From the NCBI GenBank assembly GCA_947629375.1, contig CANRDN010000002.1, positions 3,425 to 67,424 of the forward strand: a stretch of DNA of 64,000 bases, given 5' to 3'. Shown here in pieces: positions 34,613 to 44,898 of the stretch. Origin of the DNA: an uncultured Bacilli bacterium. Its GTDB lineage: Bacteria; Bacillota_I; Bacilli_A; RF39; UBA660. Under the pieces are notes generated by a model. The model was not told where the DNA came from, searched no databases, and was given only the letters and a program-made list of their open reading frames with translations. The number at the start of each line of letters is the position of its first letter. Positions within the stretch are counted from its first letter, which is position 1. A program made the position numbers and the translations under genes.

Positions 34613-35679
34613 TGAACTCCTTAGCTCAAAATGTCTTGTATATTTATCTATTTGTATTTATTGCAATGACCTTTTTTGACGTCGTATGTATCTTCTTTCG
34701 AAGAGCAAACGAAAAAAGATTGGAACATAAAGAGGAAAAAATAAAAAAATTAATAGAAAAAGAGGATATAAACAAATTATCATCTAAACATTTAAAGTAT
34801 TTAAAACGTCATTTAAAGAAAGTAGACACTTTTATTGCCTTTTCTAATGTACTTAAAGATATGAGTGAAGAAGATAGAAAAGTCTATTTGCCTCAATTGA
34901 AACCTATATTTTTAAAAATAGTTTCTTCTTACGAAAAAGCAGATGAAATAAAACAGACTTTTTTCGCGTATGTCTTAGCAGAATATCCATATATTTATTC
35001 TGATAGCCATAATCAAATAATTCACTATTTAATCAGTAGTACAACTTCTTCATCAATCTTTTTAAGAGAGCATGCTTTAACAGCACTTTACGGTGTTGGT
35101 AATGAAACTTACGTAAAAGAAGCACTACAAAAAATGAACTTTCTTCGTATTAAACATCATCCTAAATTGTTGACAGATGGCTTTATGAAATTCACTGGAA
35201 ATCAGGAATCTTTTGTACAAATGCTAGAAGAACTATTCCCATCTTTAGTTGAAAACTATAAAGTTGCTTGTATTAATTATTTCAATTATAAAAAAGTTCC
35301 TTGTAAAGATTTTGTTTATGACTTATTAATTTCTAGTAATGAATCCAAGGAAGTTAGAATTGCATCTATTAGATATTTTGGAAGTGTTAAATTAGAAAAA
35401 GCTAAAGAAAAAATGTATGAATTCTTAAAATCTGATATGAAAAATTGGGAATATGCAGCAATTAGTGCCAGTTCTTTAAAGAATTATCCTGGAAAAGATA
35501 CTCTTAATAGTTTAAGAGAATCAGTTAAAAGTCGTAATTGGTATGTAAGAAGTAATTCAGCAGCTACGATTATAAATATTGCTAATGAAAAAGAATTAGA
35601 AGAGATGTTAAAAATAGATGATCGTTATGCTCGTGATTCTTTGCACTACCAATTAAATTTAAAGGAAAAGAGGAGTTAA
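34612..35679 (+). CDS. Membrane-anchored HEAT-repeat protein
   Basis: ATG at 34612 after GGAGGT; N-terminal TM; repeats LRE.AL.AL, EVRIASIRYFG, NWYVRSNSA. Confidence 0.75.
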   Translation: MNSLAQNVLYIYLFVFIAMTFFDVVCIFFRRANEKRLEHKEEKIKKLIEKEDINKLSSKHLKYLKRHLKKVDTFIAFSNVLKDMSEEDRKVYLPQLKPIFLKIVSSYEKADEIKQTFFAYVLAEYPYIYSDSHNQIIHYLISSTTSSSIFLREHALTALYGVGNETYVKEALQKMNFLRIKHHPKLLTDGFMKFTGNQESFVQMLEELFPSLVENYKVACINYFNYKKVPCKDFVYDLLISSNESKEVRIASIRYFGSVKLEKAKEKMYEFLKSDMKNWEYAAISASSLKNYPGKDTLNSLRESVKSRNWYVRSNSAATIINIANEKELEEMLKIDDRYARDSLHYQLNLKEKRS

Positions 35680-35681
35680 AC

Positions 35682-37088
35682 ATGATAGAGGTAGTAAAAG
35701 AATTATTAAAATATGTTAGTTACTTTTTTATCTTTTATATGTTATTCTATTCAACTTTTCTTTTCATATCTGCTTTAATAGGGTCAATTAGGTTGTTCAA
35801 AAATAGATATCGTGATCGTATGCATAATACGATTAAACACGATTATTACAATCCAGTGTCTATTATTGTACCAGCATATAATGAGGAGAAGGTTATTGTT
35901 TCCAACATTAATTCCTTATTAAATTTGAATTATCGTCTATATGAAATAATTATTGTCAATGATGGAAGTAGCGATGATACTATTAAAACGATACTTGAAA
36001 ATTTTGATTTAACAAGGGTTGATAAACCATATAACTACCAAATAAAAACTAAACCCGTAAAAGCTATTTATGAAGGAATAGTAAATAATGTTACAATAAC
36101 TCTCGTCGATAAAGAAAATGGTGGAAAATCAGACTCTTTAAATACAGGAATAAATATTTCTAGATTTCCTTATTTTCTTGCTATGGATGCAGATTCTATA
36201 CTACAAAAAGATTCACTAGAAAAAATGATTCAACCAGTACTAGAGTATGAAAATGTAATCGCTTGTGGAGGTTTTGTTAGATTAAGTAATGGAGTTTCGT
36301 TCGACGAAAATGGAGACATAGTTCAGACTTCGCTTCCAAGAAACCTTTTAGCATGTATGCAAGTACTTGAATATGACCGTTCATTTTTAGCATCGAGAAT
36401 ATTACTCGATGAATATAATGGAAACCTTATTATATCTGGTGCATTTGGTTTGTTTCAAAAAGACATGGTAATTGCCTGTGGTGGTTATGATGTTGGAACA
36501 GTAGGTGAAGACTTTGAACTAGTTGTAAAACTACATGTGTTCTCACATCAAAATGATGTACCATATCGAATTTGTTACGTACCAGAAGCAGTATGTTGGA
36601 CACAGGCACCATCTAATTTAATAGATTTGTTAAAGCAAAGAAAAAGATGGTATTCCGGGCTAATTCAAGTTATGTGGAAATATCGTACTTTATTTTTCAA
36701 TTATCACTATGGGTTCTTAAGCTATGTATCTTATTTCTATTATTTGTTCTTTGAGTTATTATCTCCAATAATTGAAGTGTTTGGTATTTTTGTAACAATA
36801 ATTTCAATGTGCTTTGGACTGTTGAATGTTCCATTTATGATAATTTTCTTAATACTTTATACTTTGTTTGGATGTATATTGTCATTAACGACTTTCTTTG
36901 CAAGAGTACACCTTGTAAATAATAAAATAAGTTTTTTAGATATTGTAAAAGCCTTTTTAGTATGTATCTTTGAAATAACTTTTTTGAGATTTATTTTGAT
37001 GGTAGGAAGATTATTTACTTTAATTACATATAATACCAGTAAAATGAGATGGGATAAGCTAAATAGGTCAAGGATTGGTGACGAATGA
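35682..37088 (+). CDS. Processive GT2 glycosyltransferase (PgaC/IcaA/cellulose synthase-like)
   Basis: SIIVPAYNE, NDGS.D, NGGKS, MDAD, GED and QRKRW motifs with flanking TMs. Confidence 0.9.
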   Translation: MIEVVKELLKYVSYFFIFYMLFYSTFLFISALIGSIRLFKNRYRDRMHNTIKHDYYNPVSIIVPAYNEEKVIVSNINSLLNLNYRLYEIIIVNDGSSDDTIKTILENFDLTRVDKPYNYQIKTKPVKAIYEGIVNNVTITLVDKENGGKSDSLNTGINISRFPYFLAMDADSILQKDSLEKMIQPVLEYENVIACGGFVRLSNGVSFDENGDIVQTSLPRNLLACMQVLEYDRSFLASRILLDEYNGNLIISGAFGLFQKDMVIACGGYDVGTVGEDFELVVKLHVFSHQNDVPYRICYVPEAVCWTQAPSNLIDLLKQRKRWYSGLIQVMWKYRTLFFNYHYGFLSYVSYFYYLFFELLSPIIEVFGIFVTIISMCFGLLNVPFMIIFLILYTLFGCILSLTTFFARVHLVNNKISFLDIVKAFLVCIFEITFLRFILMVGRLFTLITYNTSKMRWDKLNRSRIGDE

Positions 37089-37909
37089 AAAAAGTAATTA
37101 TTATGCTTGTAGTAGTTTTACTGTTTTTTGCTGTTTTACTTTTTATACCAGAAACTAATATTGACAAAGATGAAGAAAAAGTGAATGATGTAATAATGTA
37201 TTCGTGGAACATAGATACTATTATGTCAAATCAGAAGGAATTTGAAAGAATAAAAGAAGAATACAATTTAAATATAATTTATCAAGATTTTGATTCCAGT
37301 TTCTTTTTAGAAGAAGACAATAGTTTTATGAAATATATGGATTCTTTATCACTAGAAGTCTTTCAACTAGCAGGTGATCCTTCTTGGGGAAAAACCGATG
37401 GATTTTTAAAAATTAAAAAACAAATAGATAGAGTATATGAGTATAATAAAAAACACAAATATAAAATAAAAGGGGTTATCTTCGATATTGAACCTTATGC
37501 AAATGAAAAAGAAGAAAATTTTTCTAATCCAGATTTTCTTATATATGTAAACGAAATTAAAAAAGCTTATCAATATTCTAAAGAGAAAGAATTAGAAATG
37601 AGACTTTCAATTCCTTATTGGTTAGATCACATTGATTATGATTTATTAGAGCAATTAATAGAAAATACCGATGGAATTTCAGTTATGAATTACAGTATTG
37701 ATAAAACAAAGATATCAATTAAAGAAGAGTATGAACTTGCTATGAAATATAATAAAGAGATTGATACAGTTTATGAAATTAACTATGGCAAGAAAAATTA
37801 TTTTGCCTCTTTAGATGATATATTAAACGATTTTGATAAATTGCAAGAAGCGTATCCTAACTTAGCAGTTTCTTATCATCATTTAAAGTCAATCATGAAT
37901 AAAAATTAA
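37085..37909 (+). CDS. Exported TIM-barrel glycosidase-like protein
   Basis: N-terminal TM; LAGDPSW, GVIFDIEPY, IPYW, DGISVMNY. Confidence 0.55.
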   Translation: MKKVIIMLVVVLLFFAVLLFIPETNIDKDEEKVNDVIMYSWNIDTIMSNQKEFERIKEEYNLNIIYQDFDSSFFLEEDNSFMKYMDSLSLEVFQLAGDPSWGKTDGFLKIKKQIDRVYEYNKKHKYKIKGVIFDIEPYANEKEENFSNPDFLIYVNEIKKAYQYSKEKELEMRLSIPYWLDHIDYDLLEQLIENTDGISVMNYSIDKTKISIKEEYELAMKYNKEIDTVYEINYGKKNYFASLDDILNDFDKLQEAYPNLAVSYHHLKSIMNKN

Positions 37910-37932
37910 GAAGAGATAAATCTTCTTTTTTT
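37908..37932 (+). terminator. Terminator of the polysaccharide operon
   Basis: AAGAAGA-gataaa-TCTTCTT followed by a T run. Confidence 0.6.
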
Positions 37933-38016
37933 CTTATAATATCAATTGAGAAAACAATTATTCTTGTTTTTCTTTTTGTATACTAGTATAATTAATTTAG
38001 GATAGTAGGTGTTAAT

Positions 38017-39267
38017 ATGAGGAATATATATACAGGTATTGACCTTGGTAGTGATAACATTAAAATAGTTGTTGCAGAGCTAGTTAAAGACAAATTTCAT
38101 GTATTAGCATCAACGTCTGTTAGATCTGTAGGGATAAGAAACGGATTAGTTGTAGATCATGATATGGCACTAAAGTCATTAAACTTAGCTGTTGATGAAA
38201 TAAGAAAGGTACTAGGAATAACAATTGATAGAGCCATAATAACAGTGCCTTCAAATAATAGAATGTTAAAAGTTGTATCCGGTACTATAGATACAAATGG
38301 AGTAGTAAATGGCAAAGATATTGTTTCTGTTTTACAAATGGCTGCAACAGGACAAATAGATGAAGGCTACGAACTAGTATCAATAATTCCAATAATGTTC
38401 AACACAGAGGACAATAAATATACTAAAGAGCCAATTGGTCTTACAATGGATAAATTAACGGTTAAAGCACTTCTTGCAACGGCTCCTAAAGAGCAAATAT
38501 ACGATTATTTACAGGTATTTAGACACGCAGGAATCGATGTTGAAGATTTGACTTTCAACTGTATTGGTGACTATTATGAAGCAAGAAGTAAAGAAACTGA
38601 CGAAGAACTTGGTGCAATAATTAATATTGGACAAGACAAGACGGATGTTTCTATCTTTAATAAAGGTATTTTGATAAAGAATAGTGTATTTAACTTAGGA
38701 AGTAGATTTATCGATAGTGACATTTCCTATATTTATGGAACAGACTCGAATACTTCAAGAGAATTAAAAGATAAATTCTCTTTAGCAAGTAGAAGATATG
38801 CTGATATAAATGAAGTTTTAGAGTTCGATAATGAAGATGGAGAAAAGAAATCAATCAATCAATATGAGATAACAGAAGTTGTCGAAGCAAGAATTGTTGA
38901 ACTTTTAAAACTAGCCAAAAAAGAAATAAATGACTTAACAAAAAGAAAAATAAGTTATATAATTATTACAGGTGGCATAACGGAATTAATGGGATTTAGT
39001 TATGTGGCAGAAAATATTTTAGGAATGAATGTAACAACTCTTAATATAACGACAATGGGAATAAGAAGTAATAAGTTCTCAAGTGCCATTGGTATAATTA
39101 AATACTTTCATAGCAAGATGAAGTTAAGAGAAAAAAATGTTACATTAATAGATGATGAAAAAATTCGTGAAATAGAACAAAACAAACAGAGTATGTTAGA
39201 TTTAACTGAAGATACATTTATTAGTAAAATATTTGGATATTTTGCTGATAATCAAGGAGGGAAATAA
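38017..39267 (+). CDS. ftsA: Cell division protein FtsA
   Basis: GIDLGS, GIRNGLVVD, IITGG; directly upstream of ftsZ. Confidence 0.9.
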   Translation: MRNIYTGIDLGSDNIKIVVAELVKDKFHVLASTSVRSVGIRNGLVVDHDMALKSLNLAVDEIRKVLGITIDRAIITVPSNNRMLKVVSGTIDTNGVVNGKDIVSVLQMAATGQIDEGYELVSIIPIMFNTEDNKYTKEPIGLTMDKLTVKALLATAPKEQIYDYLQVFRHAGIDVEDLTFNCIGDYYEARSKETDEELGAIINIGQDKTDVSIFNKGILIKNSVFNLGSRFIDSDISYIYGTDSNTSRELKDKFSLASRRYADINEVLEFDNEDGEKKSINQYEITEVVEARIVELLKLAKKEINDLTKRKISYIIITGGITELMGFSYVAENILGMNVTTLNITTMGIRSNKFSSAIGIIKYFHSKMKLREKNVTLIDDEKIREIEQNKQSMLDLTEDTFISKIFGYFADNQGGK

Positions 39268-40410
39268 ATGTTTGGTGGATTAGAAATGGATCAATTAGCC
39301 AAGATAAAGGTTATCGGAATTGGTGGTGGTGGAGGAAACGCCATCAATAGTATGGTCGAAACTGGAGTCAAAGGTGTAGAATTTATCGCAGCAAATACGG
39401 ATTTACAAGTTTTAAATACATCCAAAGCTGATGTTAAAATTCAACTTGGAAAGACAGGATTAGGTGCTGGAGCAAAACCTGAAATAGGTAAAGAAGCTGC
39501 TCTTGAAGCAAAAAAAGAAATTGAAGATGCCCTAAAAGATGCCGATATGGTATTTATTACTTGTGGTATGGGCGGAGGAACAGGATCAGGCGCTGCCCCA
39601 ATAGTTGCAGAGATTGCCCAAGGACTTGGAGCTTTAACTGTAGCAATCGTAACAAAACCATTCACTTTTGAAGGAAGAAAAAGAATGGAAAATGCCTTAG
39701 TGGCAATCGAAGAACTTAAAAAACACGTTGATACTTTAATTGTTATTCCAAATGATAGATTAAGAGAAATCATCGACAAGACAACTCCAATGCTTGAAGC
39801 ATTTAAAGAGGTTGATAATGTATTGCGTCGTGGTGTTCAATCAATTACTGATTTAATTGCAGTTGTTGGACTTGTAAACCTAGACTTTGCCGATGTTAAG
39901 GCGGTTATGGAAAAGAGTGGAAATGCAATTATCGGTATTGGTATCGGTATGGGAGAGGAAAGAGCTATCGAAGCAGCTAAACAAGCAGTATCATCTCCAC
40001 TTCTTGAAACATCAATTTCAGGAGCAACAGATGCTATTATCAATATAACTGGTGGTATGAATTTAACTTTATTTGAAGCTGAACAAGCAGCAGAAGTTGT
40101 AAGAGCAGCGGCAAATACAGATATCAATACAATATTTGGTTCAGTTATCAATGAAAACTTAACAGATGAAGTAATCGTTACTGTTATAGCAACAGGATTC
40201 GATAAGAATAAAGATAAGGATAAGGAAGCAAGTCATAAACCAGTTCCAACAAGTCATTCTCAATCAGAATTACAACAACCGGCTATTAGAAGAACAAGAC
40301 CAGAAATGTTAGAACCCGAACCACAAAAAGTGGAAAAATTAGATGATAAAGATGATGATAATGATGACAACAAGTATGATATTCCACCATTCTTAAGACC
40401 TAATTATTAA
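39268..40410 (+). CDS. ftsZ: Cell division protein FtsZ
   Basis: [24 protein letters not shown] and the C-terminal DIPPFLR. Confidence 0.98.
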   Translation: MFGGLEMDQLAKIKVIGIGGGGGNAINSMVETGVKGVEFIAANTDLQVLNTSKADVKIQLGKTGLGAGAKPEIGKEAALEAKKEIEDALKDADMVFITCGMGGGTGSGAAPIVAEIAQGLGALTVAIVTKPFTFEGRKRMENALVAIEELKKHVDTLIVIPNDRLREIIDKTTPMLEAFKEVDNVLRRGVQSITDLIAVVGLVNLDFADVKAVMEKSGNAIIGIGIGMGEERAIEAAKQAVSSPLLETSISGATDAIINITGGMNLTLFEAEQAAEVVRAAANTDINTIFGSVINENLTDEVIVTVIATGFDKNKDKDKEASHKPVPTSHSQSELQQPAIRRTRPEMLEPEPQKVEKLDDKDDDNDDNKYDIPPFLRPNY

Positions 40411-40434
40411 GAAATCGAAAGATTTCTTTTTTTT
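40409..40434 (+). terminator. Rho-independent terminator
   Basis: AAGAAATC-gaaa-GATTTCTT followed by a T run. Confidence 0.75.
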
Positions 40435-40518
40435 ACTTTTACCTGTAAAGTTAAGAGTAAAATTGTGAATATTAGAAATAGTTGTGTTATAATTAAATTG
40501 TAGACTGGAGTGAGATTT

Positions 40519-42831
40519 ATGGCAAAAAGTAAAAGCAAAAAGAAAAAAGAGACAAAGTTAGAGGTAAGACCAGAAGTTTATGCTATAGTATTAATTCTTT
40601 TAGCTATACTTGCGTTTGGACCAGGTAAACCCCTTGGATTTATCGGACAAATGGCTAGATGTTTTGCAGTATTTTTGTTTGGAGCACTCGATTGGTTATT
40701 TATTGCAACTATTTTCTTTGTAGGATTATTTATATTATTTAAAGGTGAAGTACCATCTATATGGTCTACTAAATCGATTGGACTTCTTATGGTTACTATA
40801 GGTGTGCTTGTCTTTGCTCATATAGGTTATATTACTGAAATAAAAGGAGCAAGTGCTATCTATAATGAAACACTTGACGATTTAGTATCGACATTTGACT
40901 TAATTAAAGATGGAAAATCTTTTTCTGCCCCAGGTGGTGGAATAATAGGATGTACTTTTGCAGTAGCATTTAACTTGTTATTTGCACTTACTGGTACAAA
41001 AATAGTATCAGGACTTTTAATTGCTCTAGGTGCTTGTTTATTCACAGGATTCTCAATTAGAGATTTCTTAGATAAGGCAAAAGAAAAAGGAAAGTCACTA
41101 ATAGCAAAGAACAAGGAAGCTAAAAATGTAGCTGAAGGAGATGCTGAAGCACTTGAGAAAAAAGATGACCAAGTTGTCGTTATTAATGATAATAACTCTC
41201 CAAAAGAGCAACCTGAACAGCCTGAAGAGGATACTAAACTTGTAATATCAAGTATCGATGAACTTAAAAAGATGGAAAAAGAAGTTAAGGAAGAGAAAGA
41301 AGAAACTATTGAAACACTTTTAACTGACGAGTATGTCGAAGAAAGTAAACCAGTAGTAAGACCTGTTAATTATAAACTTCCAACACTATCAATCCTTAAA
41401 AATATCGATAAAAAGAAAAATCCAAATAGTCAAGTAGAGATTGAAAACAATATTGGAATAATTGAAAAGACTTTGAGAGATTTTGGAATAATGGGTAAAG
41501 TAGTTGAAGTTAATTCAGGACCTGCAGTAACGCAATATGAAATGCAACTACAAACTGGTACTAAATTAAGTAAACTTTTAAGTATCAATAAAGAAATATC
41601 TTTGGCACTTGCTAAAAAAGATGTAAGAATTGAAGCACCTATCCCTGGTAAAAACACAGTAGGTATAGAAGTTCCAAATGAAGCAGTTTCACCAGTATCA
41701 CTTAAAGAAATACTTGAGCAAGTTCCACAAAATAAAGTTAATAGCAAACTTTTAGTAGCACTTGGAAAAAATATAATGGGTAAAGCAAGATTTGCCGAAA
41801 TCGATAAGACACCACACTTATTAGTAGCAGGTTCTACTGGTTCTGGTAAATCTGTATGCATTAACTGTATAATCGCATCTATTCTAATGCGTTGTAAACC
41901 AGATGAAGTAAAACTTGTTTTGGTAGACCCTAAGAAGGTTGAACTTTCAATGTACAATGGTATTCCACATCTATTGATGCCTGTTGTAACTGACGCTAAA
42001 AAAGCAAATGTTGCACTACAAAAAATGGTAGATGAAATGGAAAGGCGTTATGATGAACTTGAAGAGAAGAATGTGAGAAATATTGCTTCTTATAACGAGT
42101 GGGTCGATAAAGAAAATGCCGTTCGTAGTGAAGAAGATAAATTACCTAGAATGCCTTACATAGTTGTAATAGTAGATGAGCTTGCTGACTTAATGATGGT
42201 CGCAGGAAAAGAAGTTGAAGATTCAATTATGAGAATAACACAAAAAGCTCGTGCAGCAGGAATTCACTTAATTGTAGCAACGCAAAGACCATCAACAGAT
42301 GTAATCACTGGTGTTGTTAAAGCAAATATTCCATCTCGTATTTCCTTTGCTGTATCAAGTGGAATAGATTCGCGTACAATTCTTGATGCAGTAGGTGCAG
42401 AAAAACTATTAGGAAAAGGAGATATGTTATTCTTACCGATGGGGGAATCATCACCTGAAAGAATCCAAGGAGCTTATGTATCTGATGAGGAACTAGAAGC
42501 CTTGGTAGATTATTCAGTTAAACAACAAAAAGCTCAATACGATGAAAAGTTTATGAATCTTGAAGCTGCTAAAGAACAAGGAAATGCTGGAGGAGCAGTC
42601 GATAGTCCAGATGAAGAATACGATGATCCACTATACGATGAGATAGTAGAATTTGTAGTTACTACTGGTAAAGCAAGTGCTTCATTACTTCAAAGAAAGT
42701 TTAAACTTGGTTACAATAGAGCAGCAAGAATTGTTGATTTACTTGAAGAAAGAGGAATAATTGGTCCACAAAATGGATCTAAACCAAGAGAAGTTCTAGT
42801 TAAAATGGAACAAACAGAAGATGAAATGTAA
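40519..42831 (+). CDS. ftsK: DNA translocase FtsK/SpoIIIE
   Basis: N-terminal TMs, PHLLVAGSTGSGKS, VDELADLM, ATQRPS and the gamma domain SASLLQRKFKLGYNRAAR. Confidence 0.95.
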   Translation: MAKSKSKKKKETKLEVRPEVYAIVLILLAILAFGPGKPLGFIGQMARCFAVFLFGALDWLFIATIFFVGLFILFKGEVPSIWSTKSIGLLMVTIGVLVFAHIGYITEIKGASAIYNETLDDLVSTFDLIKDGKSFSAPGGGIIGCTFAVAFNLLFALTGTKIVSGLLIALGACLFTGFSIRDFLDKAKEKGKSLIAKNKEAKNVAEGDAEALEKKDDQVVVINDNNSPKEQPEQPEEDTKLVISSIDELKKMEKEVKEEKEETIETLLTDEYVEESKPVVRPVNYKLPTLSILKNIDKKKNPNSQVEIENNIGIIEKTLRDFGIMGKVVEVNSGPAVTQYEMQLQTGTKLSKLLSINKEISLALAKKDVRIEAPIPGKNTVGIEVPNEAVSPVSLKEILEQVPQNKVNSKLLVALGKNIMGKARFAEIDKTPHLLVAGSTGSGKSVCINCIIASILMRCKPDEVKLVLVDPKKVELSMYNGIPHLLMPVVTDAKKANVALQKMVDEMERRYDELEEKNVRNIASYNEWVDKENAVRSEEDKLPRMPYIVVIVDELADLMMVAGKEVEDSIMRITQKARAAGIHLIVATQRPSTDVITGVVKANIPSRISFAVSSGIDSRTILDAVGAEKLLGKGDMLFLPMGESSPERIQGAYVSDEELEALVDYSVKQQKAQYDEKFMNLEAAKEQGNAGGAVDSPDEEYDDPLYDEIVEFVVTTGKASASLLQRKFKLGYNRAARIVDLLEERGIIGPQNGSKPREVLVKMEQTEDEM

Positions 42832-42837
42832 AAAATA

Positions 42838-42865
42838 GAGCTAATTTAATTTCATTAGCTCTTTT
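42838..42865 (+). terminator. Rho-independent terminator
   Basis: GAGCTAAT...ATTAGCTC followed by TTTT. Confidence 0.6.
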
Positions 42866-42885
42866 CTTAAAGGAGGAATTATTAT

Positions 42886-43596
42886 ATGGCTACGCCACAC
42901 ATTGAATCAAAAAAAGAAGATATTGCAAAGGTTGTTCTAATGCCGGGAGACCCACTTAGAGCAAAGTACATTGCTGAGCATTTTTTAGAAAATTATCGAC
43001 AAGTTAACACAGTAAGAAATGCTTTTGGTTACACAGGAACATATAAAGGAAAAGAAGTAACGGTGTTCGCATCAGGAATGGGAATGCCAAGTATTGGTAT
43101 TTATTCTTATGAATTGTTTAAATTCTATGATGTCGATACAATTATAAGAATCGGTTCAGCTGGTTCATATACTGAAAAATTAGGTCTTTATGAAGTTTTA
43201 CTTGTCGAAGGAGCATATTCTGAATCTAGTTTTGCTAAAGTTCAAGGGAATGAAATAAGAAATATTTTATATTCTAACGAGGAAGTAAATAAAAAATTAG
43301 AAGAAACTGCTCAAGAGTTAAATATTAAATTAAATAAAGGAATTGTCCATAGCAGTGATGTTTTCTATAAAGAAAATGATAATTTTAGAGAACTTTATGA
43401 AAAATATGGTTGTCTTGCTTGTGAAATGGAAACTTTTGCCCTTTTCCATAATGCTAATGTCTTAAATAAAAAAGCATCAGCACTCGTAACAATATCTGAT
43501 AACTTAGTAACAAAAGAAGAAACAACTAGTGAAGAAAGACAGAATAGCTTTACTAATATGATGAAAATAGCACTTGATACAGCACTTAAATTATAA
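42886..43596 (+). CDS. deoD: Purine nucleoside phosphorylase
   Basis: MATPHI, VLMPGDPLRAK, GMGMPSIGIY, RIGSAG, EME. Confidence 0.95.
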   Translation: MATPHIESKKEDIAKVVLMPGDPLRAKYIAEHFLENYRQVNTVRNAFGYTGTYKGKEVTVFASGMGMPSIGIYSYELFKFYDVDTIIRIGSAGSYTEKLGLYEVLLVEGAYSESSFAKVQGNEIRNILYSNEEVNKKLEETAQELNIKLNKGIVHSSDVFYKENDNFRELYEKYGCLACEMETFALFHNANVLNKKASALVTISDNLVTKEETTSEERQNSFTNMMKIALDTALKL

Positions 43597-43635
43597 TTAT
43601 TAAGTAAATGACCATAATAAGAAAGAGGTGAAAAA

Positions 43636-44898
43636 ATGGAGTACATCAAGAAAGAAAATGAACATTATAACCTTCATATGATTAAGACCGATAAATTTAA
43701 ATCTACCAGTATAGAGATAATATTCAGTAGAGAAATAAAAAAAGAAGAAATTACTTTAACGAACTTTTTAACTTCTTTAATGACATATACAACGAAGAAA
43801 TATAATACTAAGATTAAATTTGCTCAGGAACTAGAAAATCTTTATGCAGCTCGTGTATTTCCTAGTTGCTATCGATTAGGAAAAAATATGAATGTGGATT
43901 TCAATATGAAAGTTTTAAACGATAAGTATGCTGAAGATGGGCTTCTTGATAAAGCTTTTGAATTCTTAAAAGAAGTAATATTTAATCCAAAAGTCGAAAA
44001 TAATGAGTTTTCTAAAGATGAATTTGAAATTATTAAAAATGAAGAAATATCTCAAATAGAAAGATTTAAAGAAGATACAAGAAAATATGCTATGTTAAGA
44101 CTTATGGAACTAACGGATAGTACTAAACCTTTTTCTTATAATCTAAAGGGATATATGGAAGATCTTAACAAGATAACAAGAGCTAATCTTTATGATTTCT
44201 ATAAAAAATTTATTAATGACAGCACTGTCGATATCTTTATAGTAGGAAATATTGATTTTGATAAAGTTTCAAAGATTGTTTTCGATAAATTTAATTTTTT
44301 AAATAAAAAAATAGAAAAAGATTCCCTTATGATAGAGTGGAATGATTATAATAAAGAAAGAAAAGAAGTTGTTGAAAATGATAATACTAATCAAGCAAAA
44401 CTTGGTATTTCTTGTAGACTCCAGAATATTACTAAATTTGAAAGAGACTATGTTTTAAATATTTACAATACTATTCTTGGAGGAACACCAGACTCCAAAT
44501 TCTTTAAAACGATACGAGAAAAGTTTTCTTTATGCTATTCTGTTTTGTCAGGAGCTAATAAATTGGATAATTTGTTAATTATTACTTCGGGCATTGCTAA
44601 AGAAAATTTCAAGAAAGCAATGATTCTTATCGAAAAAGAAATGGATAATATGAAAAAGGGTGATTTTACTAAGGAAGAAATAGATAGAGCTAAAGTTTGT
44701 TATCTATCTGGTTTAGATGAAATAGAAGACAATCCTCATCAAATTATTGCCCATTATTATGCTATGGATAAACTAGGATCAGATGATTTAGATGTAAAAA
44801 GAAAAATGATTAATAAAGTTACTAAAGAAGATATAATAAAACTATCTAATAAAATATATATAGATACAGTATTTTTGTTAGGTGGTGATAAAAAATGA
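43636..44898 (+). CDS. ymfF: M16 peptidase, non-catalytic subunit (YmfF-like)
   Basis: IKTDKFK, ILGG...SKFF..IREK.SLCY; lacks HxxEH; overlaps the catalytic partner. Confidence 0.8.
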   Translation: MEYIKKENEHYNLHMIKTDKFKSTSIEIIFSREIKKEEITLTNFLTSLMTYTTKKYNTKIKFAQELENLYAARVFPSCYRLGKNMNVDFNMKVLNDKYAEDGLLDKAFEFLKEVIFNPKVENNEFSKDEFEIIKNEEISQIERFKEDTRKYAMLRLMELTDSTKPFSYNLKGYMEDLNKITRANLYDFYKKFINDSTVDIFIVGNIDFDKVSKIVFDKFNFLNKKIEKDSLMIEWNDYNKERKEVVENDNTNQAKLGISCRLQNITKFERDYVLNIYNTILGGTPDSKFFKTIREKFSLCYSVLSGANKLDNLLIITSGIAKENFKKAMILIEKEMDNMKKGDFTKEEIDRAKVCYLSGLDEIEDNPHQIIAHYYAMDKLGSDDLDVKRKMINKVTKEDIIKLSNKIYIDTVFLLGGDKK

